The notes under the pieces are model-generated. The model did no database searches and was not told the DNA's origin. It was given only the letters and a program-made list of their open reading frames with translations. The translations under genes were made by a program, and so were the position numbers. This document shows, piece after piece, positions 59,701 to 64,000 of a stretch of DNA of 64,000 nucleotides (positions are counted from its first letter, which is position 1; each line of letters begins with the position of its first letter). This stretch comes from an uncultured Chloroflexia bacterium (GTDB lineage Bacteria; Chloroflexota; Limnocylindria; Limnocylindrales; CSP1-4), in contig CAVWLQ010000003.1 in assembly GCA_963755995.1 (NCBI GenBank), positions 388,734 to 452,733 of the forward strand. Reading direction: 5' to 3'.

Positions 59701-60618
59701 ATGACCGACCGTGCCAGCCGCCCCGAGGGGACCCGCTCCATCGAGGCCATCCAGGACGACTTCCGGACCCGGGACTACATCGCCGACCGATCGCTCGCGA
59801 CGGCCGTCTTCCTCGCGCTGGAGCTGGGCCGTCCGCTGCTGCTCGAGGGCGAGGCGGGGGTCGGCAAGACCGAGCTCGCCAAGGTGCTCGCCGCCTCACT
59901 CGGCACGAAGCTGATCCGGCTCCAGTGCTACGAGGGGCTGGACGTCAACACGGCCGTCTACGAGTGGAACTACCCGCGCCAGATGCTCGAGATCCGGCTG
60001 CTGGAGGCGCGCGGCGAGGCCGAGCACGCGACCGCGCACGACATCTTCGGGGCCGATTTCCTCATCCGCCGGCCGCTCCTCCAGGCGCTCGAGTCGACCG
60101 ACGGGGTCGCGCCGGTCCTGCTCATCGACGAGATCGACCGGGCCGACGAGGAGTTCGAGGCGTACCTGCTCGAGATCCTGTCCGACTTCCAGGTCACGGT
60201 CCCGGAGATCGGCACGATCAAGGCGGACACGCCGCCCCGGGTGATCCTGACCTCGAACCGCACGCGCGAGGTCCACGACGCGCTGAAGCGCCGCTGCCTG
60301 TACCACTGGATCGACTACCCGACGGCCCAGAAGGAGTACGAGATCGTCCTCGCGCGCGTGCCGGAGGCGCCGGAGCAGCTCGCCCGCGAGGTGGTCGCCT
60401 TCGTCCATCGTCTGCGCGAGGCCGACCTGACCAAGGTGCCGGGGATCGCGGAGACGCTCGACTGGGCGGCGGCGCTCCTGTCGCTGGGTGCCCGCGAGCT
60501 GGCGCCCGAGCTCGTCGACGAGACGCTCGGCGTCGTCCTCAAGTACGAGGAGGACATCCGGCAGGTCCGGGGCGACGGCACGCGCCGCTATCTCGCCGAG
60601 GCCGGCGCCGCCGGCTGA
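59701..60618 (+). CDS. coxD: MoxR-type AAA+ ATPase, CoxD-like
   Basis: Walker A LLEGEAGVGKTELAK, Walker B VLLIDEIDRADEE, ...VILTSNRTRE...ALKRRC. Confidence 0.88.
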   Translation: MTDRASRPEGTRSIEAIQDDFRTRDYIADRSLATAVFLALELGRPLLLEGEAGVGKTELAKVLAASLGTKLIRLQCYEGLDVNTAVYEWNYPRQMLEIRLLEARGEAEHATAHDIFGADFLIRRPLLQALESTDGVAPVLLIDEIDRADEEFEAYLLEILSDFQVTVPEIGTIKADTPPRVILTSNRTREVHDALKRRCLYHWIDYPTAQKEYEIVLARVPEAPEQLAREVVAFVHRLREADLTKVPGIAETLDWAAALLSLGARELAPELVDETLGVVLKYEEDIRQVRGDGTRRYLAEAGAAG

Positions 60619-60636
60619 CCGGCACAGGACACGCAC

Positions 60637-62025
60637 GTGACCGACCCCGCCATCGTCCGCGCCCCGTTCGGCCCGGAGGTCGACGGTCGGCGGCTGCTCC
60701 AGGAGGCGGTCGGGTTCGGGCGGTCGCTGCGGGCGGCCCGTCTGTCGATCGACCTCGGCGCCGCGGTCGACTTCGCGCGCGCCCTGACCCTCGTCGACAT
60801 CGCCGACCGCGAGCAGGTCCGGGCCGCCGGAGCGGCCGTCTTCGTCCGGCGGCGCGACGATCGGGTCGTCTACGACGCCGCGTTCGACCGCTGGTGGCGG
60901 CAGCGCGGCTCGCGCTTCTCGGACGAGTTCCAGCCCTCGACCCTCCGCTCGCCGGACGACGCCATGGTCGAGGAGGAGGCGCCCGGCACGACACCGCCGG
61001 AGCCCGGCGCGGACCGCGGCGAGATGGGCCAGGACGAGCGAGGGACCCCGATCCCGTCCGAGGGGGACGCTGACGGCGACGACGAGGCGCCGATCGAGGG
61101 CGTGGTCATCTCGCCGGACGCGTACTCGCAGGGCGAGGTCCTGCGCCACCGTGAGTTCGACCGGATGACCCCGGCCGAGCTGCGCGAGGCGGAGCGATTG
61201 GTCGACCTGCTCGTCCCGCGGCTGGAACGCCGCCGGACGCGTCGGTACGAGCTGCACTCGCACGGCCGCCGGCTCGCGCCCCGCGCCATGTTCCGCCGCA
61301 ACCTGGGCACGGGCGGCCAGCTCGTGTCCTGGGTCTGGCGGCGGCAGATCCGCGAGCCGCGGTCGCTCGTCGTCCTGTGCGACATCTCGGGATCCATGGA
61401 ACGGCATTCGCGGCTGCTCCTCCGGTTCGTCCAGGCGCTCTCGGCCGCGTCCGAGGTGCGCACGGAGTCGTTCGTGTTCGGGACGCGGCTGACCCGGGTG
61501 ACCCGCCTGCTGCGCGACCGGGATCGCGACCGAGCCCTCGCGCGCGTGGCCGACTCGGTCAACGACTGGGCCGGCGGGACCCGCATCGGCGAGTCGTTCC
61601 GGACCTTCAACCAGCACTGGGCGCGGCGGTCGCTGCGGACATCCGGCGTGGTCATCGTCGTCTCCGACGGCTGGGACCGGGGCGACCCGGCGCTCGTCGC
61701 GAGCGAGACCGCGCGCCTTCGTCGCAACTGCCACCGCCTGGTCTGGCTCAACCCGCTGGCCGGCACGCCCGGCTACCAGCCGCTTGCCGGCGGGATGCGG
61801 GCGGCCTACCCGTACATCGACGACTTCCTGCCGGCCGGCACGGTCGCGTCGCTCGAACGGCTCGGCGAGATCCTGGGCGGCGTCCGGGCGGGCGACACGC
61901 GGCGCGGCAGCGAGGCCGCCGCACACGCCGCGCTGCCCGGCGCGGTGGGTCCGGCCGTCGCCGCACCACCCTCCGTCGTCGGTGGTGAGACCATCGACCC
62001 GACCGCTCCGAGGCCACTGCGATGA
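60637..62025 (+). CDS. coxE: VWA-domain protein, CoxE-like
   Basis: MIDAS-type VVLCDISGSMERHS...FGTRLT...WAGGTRIG...VVIVVSDGWD. CoxE-like C-terminus: LVWLNPLAG...YPYIDDFLP. Confidence 0.85.
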   Translation: MTDPAIVRAPFGPEVDGRRLLQEAVGFGRSLRAARLSIDLGAAVDFARALTLVDIADREQVRAAGAAVFVRRRDDRVVYDAAFDRWWRQRGSRFSDEFQPSTLRSPDDAMVEEEAPGTTPPEPGADRGEMGQDERGTPIPSEGDADGDDEAPIEGVVISPDAYSQGEVLRHREFDRMTPAELREAERLVDLLVPRLERRRTRRYELHSHGRRLAPRAMFRRNLGTGGQLVSWVWRRQIREPRSLVVLCDISGSMERHSRLLLRFVQALSAASEVRTESFVFGTRLTRVTRLLRDRDRDRALARVADSVNDWAGGTRIGESFRTFNQHWARRSLRTSGVVIVVSDGWDRGDPALVASETARLRRNCHRLVWLNPLAGTPGYQPLAGGMRAAYPYIDDFLPAGTVASLERLGEILGGVRAGDTRRGSEAAAHAALPGAVGPAVAAPPSVVGGETIDPTAPRPLR

Positions 62026-63147
62026 AAGAGCTCCTCGACACACTCGCGACCTGGCAGGCCGACGGCACCAGCCGGTGCCGACATCGGCCGCGCGGTCGTC
62101 GTCCGCACGTTCGGCTCCGCGCCGCGTCCCGAGGGTGCCGTGCTGCTGTACGCGACCGACGGCCGTATCGCCGGATCGGTCAGCGGTGGGTGCGTCGAGG
62201 GCGCTGCGGCCGAGGAGATCGAGCACGCCCGGGCCACCGGTCGTGCCCGCGTCATCCGCTACGGGATCAGCGACGAGCAGGCCTGGGACGTCGGCCTCGC
62301 CTGCGGCGGGACGATCGACGTGCTGGTCGAGCCCGTCGCACCGGCCGTGGTCATCGAGGCAGCCAGAGGGTCGGTCGGATCGGGCGGGCACGGCTCGGCC
62401 GTCGTCACGCCGCTGCCCGCGGACTCGCCACCGGGCGAGTTCGGTCCGCATCAGCCCGGCGAGGGGGCGCCGCCGGCCGGCGAGCTGATCCTCGGTGACG
62501 ATGGGCGGCTGATCGGGAGCCTCGGCTCGGCGGAGCTGGACGCCGCCCTGGTCGCCGAGGCCGGCGCCGCGTTGCGCCGGGGCCTGTCGCGGACCGTCGA
62601 GCTCGGCGGCCGGTCGCTGTTCATCGAGGTCTTCCCGGTCCGGCCGCGGCTGGTCGTCGTCGGTGGCGTGGAGGTCGCCCGGTCGCTCGTCCGACTCGCA
62701 CGCGAGCTGGGCTTCGAGACGGTCGTGGTCGACGGCCGGACCGCGTTCGCGACACGGGAACGCTTCCCCGACGTCGACCGGCTCGTCATCGGCTGGCCGG
62801 ACGAGGTCGCCGACGAGATCGGCCTCGGCCCGAACGACGCGGTCGCCGTGCTGTCGCACGACGTCAAGTTCGACGAGCCGGCCATCGTCGAGGCCCTCCG
62901 TCGTGGCTGCCGCTACGTCGGCGCGGTCGGCTCGCGCAAGACCCAGGCGGATCGGCGGGCGCGCCTTCTGGAGGCCGGCCTGAGCGAGGCGGAGGTCGAT
63001 CGGCTGCACGGACCGGTCGGGCTGGACCTCGGTGGCCGCGCCCCGGCCGAGACCGCCCTCGCGATCCTGGCCGAGATCGTGGCCGAGCGGTACGGCGGTT
63101 CGGGCGCGCCGATGCGCCAGCGCGCCGCCGCCGCGGTACCGGCCTAG
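62022..63147 (+). pseudogene. XdhC/CoxI-family molybdenum-cofactor insertion chaperone, one apparent +1 frameshift near 62062-62080
   Basis: MKELLDTLATWQADG (frame of ORF 62022..) continues as ...IGRAVVVRTFGSAPRPEGAVLLYATDGRIAGSVSGGCVEG... (ORF 62140..63147). Rossmann-like LVVVGGVEVARSL. ATGA overlap with coxE. Confidence 0.8.
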
Positions 63148-63215
63148 GGCGTGCCCCCCACGACGGACCTGCCAGGGCGCGTCGGCGACGCTCGCGCCCG
63201 GATCGAGACAGGGCG

Positions 63216-64000
63216 ATGACCGAGCACGCGGTCGTCATCGCCGGGGGCGGCCCGACCGGGCTGATGCTGGCGGGCGAGCTCGCGTTGGCCGGGATCGACG
63301 TCGCCATCGTCGAGCGGCGCGCGAGCCAGGACCTGATCGGCTCCCGCTCGGGCGGCCTGCATGCGCGCACCATCGAGCTCTTCGACCAGCGCGGGATCGC
63401 CGACCGGTTCATCTCGGAGGGCCAGAAGGCGCAGGTCGCGGGGTTCGCCGGGACGCGCCTGGACATCAGCGACTTTCCGACCCGGCACAACTACGGGCTC
63501 GCCCTCTGGCAGCGCCACATCGAGCGCATCCTCGCCGGCTGGGTCGCTGAGCTGGCGGTGCCGATCCTGCGCGGACGCGAGGTCACCGGCTTCGTCCAGG
63601 ACGACGCCGGCGTCGACGTCCAGCTGTCCGACGGCACGTCGCTGCGGGCGGCGTACCTCGTCGGGTGCGATGGCGGTCGCAGCGTGGTCCGGAAGGCGGC
63701 CGGCATCGAGTTTCCCGGATCGGATCCGACGACCAGCAACCTCATCGCCGAGGTCGAGGTGACCGGAGAGCCGGAGTGGGGGATCCGCCGCGACGCCCGG
63801 GGCATCCATGCGCTCAGCAGGCTGGACGATGGGCTGCGGATCGGCGTCATGGTGACCGAAGCGGGGGTCGGTGCCACCACCGAACCCACCCTCCGCGACC
63901 TCAGCGCGGCACTCGTCGACGCATACGGGACCGACTACGGGATCCACAGTCCCGTCTTCATCTCGCGGTTCACCGACGCCACGCGCCAGGCCGCGGCGTA
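63216..64000 (+). CDS. FAD-dependent aromatic-ring monooxygenase (PheA/TfdB-like), 3' end beyond the window
   Basis: Not in the ORF track (no in-window stop). Manual translation from ATG 63216: MTEHAVVIAGGGPTGLMLAGELALAGIDVAIVERR...LVGCDGGRSVVRKAAGIEFPG. Confidence 0.85.
   Translation, partial: MTEHAVVIAGGGPTGLMLAGELALAGIDVAIVERRASQDLIGSRSGGLHARTIELFDQRGIADRFISEGQKAQVAGFAGTRLDISDFPTRHNYGLALWQRHIERILAGWVAELAVPILRGREVTGFVQDDAGVDVQLSDGTSLRAAYLVGCDGGRSVVRKAAGIEFPGSDPTTSNLIAEVEVTGEPEWGIRRDARGIHALSRLDDGLRIGVMVTEAGVGATTEPTLRDLSAALVDAYGTDYGIHSPVFISRFTDATRQAAA

Noticed and set aside
59896-63009. A 1037-aa ORF on the minus strand spanning coxD/coxE/xdhC. Similar long antisense or out-of-frame ORFs occur at 31799..34252 (-), 25561..27933 (-), 41938..43905 (-), 44935..46818 (-), 56559..58868 (+) and 54625..56442 (+).
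   Set aside because: All are Arg/Pro/Gly/Asp-rich with no recognisable motifs. Each lies opposite or out of frame to an ORF with clear family signatures. Long stop-free antisense frames are expected at this GC content.

Overview
This is a high-GC chromosomal segment, roughly 70% by hand estimate (not computed). It looks actinobacterial: leaderless TANNNT-N6/7-start promoters, DUF3052, IniA/IniC-like dynamins, an ECF sigma/anti-sigma pair and CopC. I can support about 60 protein-coding genes, one tRNA-Lys(CUU), several in-frame coding tandem repeats and two intergenic hairpin terminators. I saw no rRNA, CRISPR array, transposase, integrase or phage genes.

Gene blocks in order:
- 1-7 kb: DUF3052, a degenerate M48 homologue, then B12-binding mutase small subunit, MeaB, Hbd, acyl-CoA dehydrogenase, a VOC fragment and thiolase.
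- 7-19.4 kb: housekeeping genes riddled with apparent frameshifts (aldehyde dehydrogenase, RCK channel, nucleoside hydrolase, carA, carB, a CopC-linked membrane protein). DUF72, MmcQ and the tRNA are intact.
- 19.4-31 kb: CopC, an M16 peptidase pair, a secreted repeat protein with ECF sigma/anti-sigma, SRAP, TPR-rhomboid, SulP.
- 31.3-36.2 kb: form-II CoxSLM-type molybdoenzyme plus a MoCF-domain protein.
- 36.2-43.8 kb: degenerate GH13, then a locus of membrane protein, dynamin, Hsp70 fusion and a divergent dynamin.
- 44.2-54.2 kb: a 13-gene operon dominated by NTF2-fold/ester-cyclase domains.
- 54.2-59.5 kb: operon of propeller-like protein, GlgX and an AGE-STAS fusion.
- 59.7-64 kb: CoxD/CoxE/XdhC-type maturation genes and a partial FAD monooxygenase.

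Nine gene junctions are 4-nt ATGA/GTGA overlaps (translational coupling).

The best candidates for undescribed biology are the NTF2-rich operon (44160-54224) and the dynamin/Hsp70-fusion locus (37889-43837).

All family assignments come from reading motifs by eye. No database search was run.
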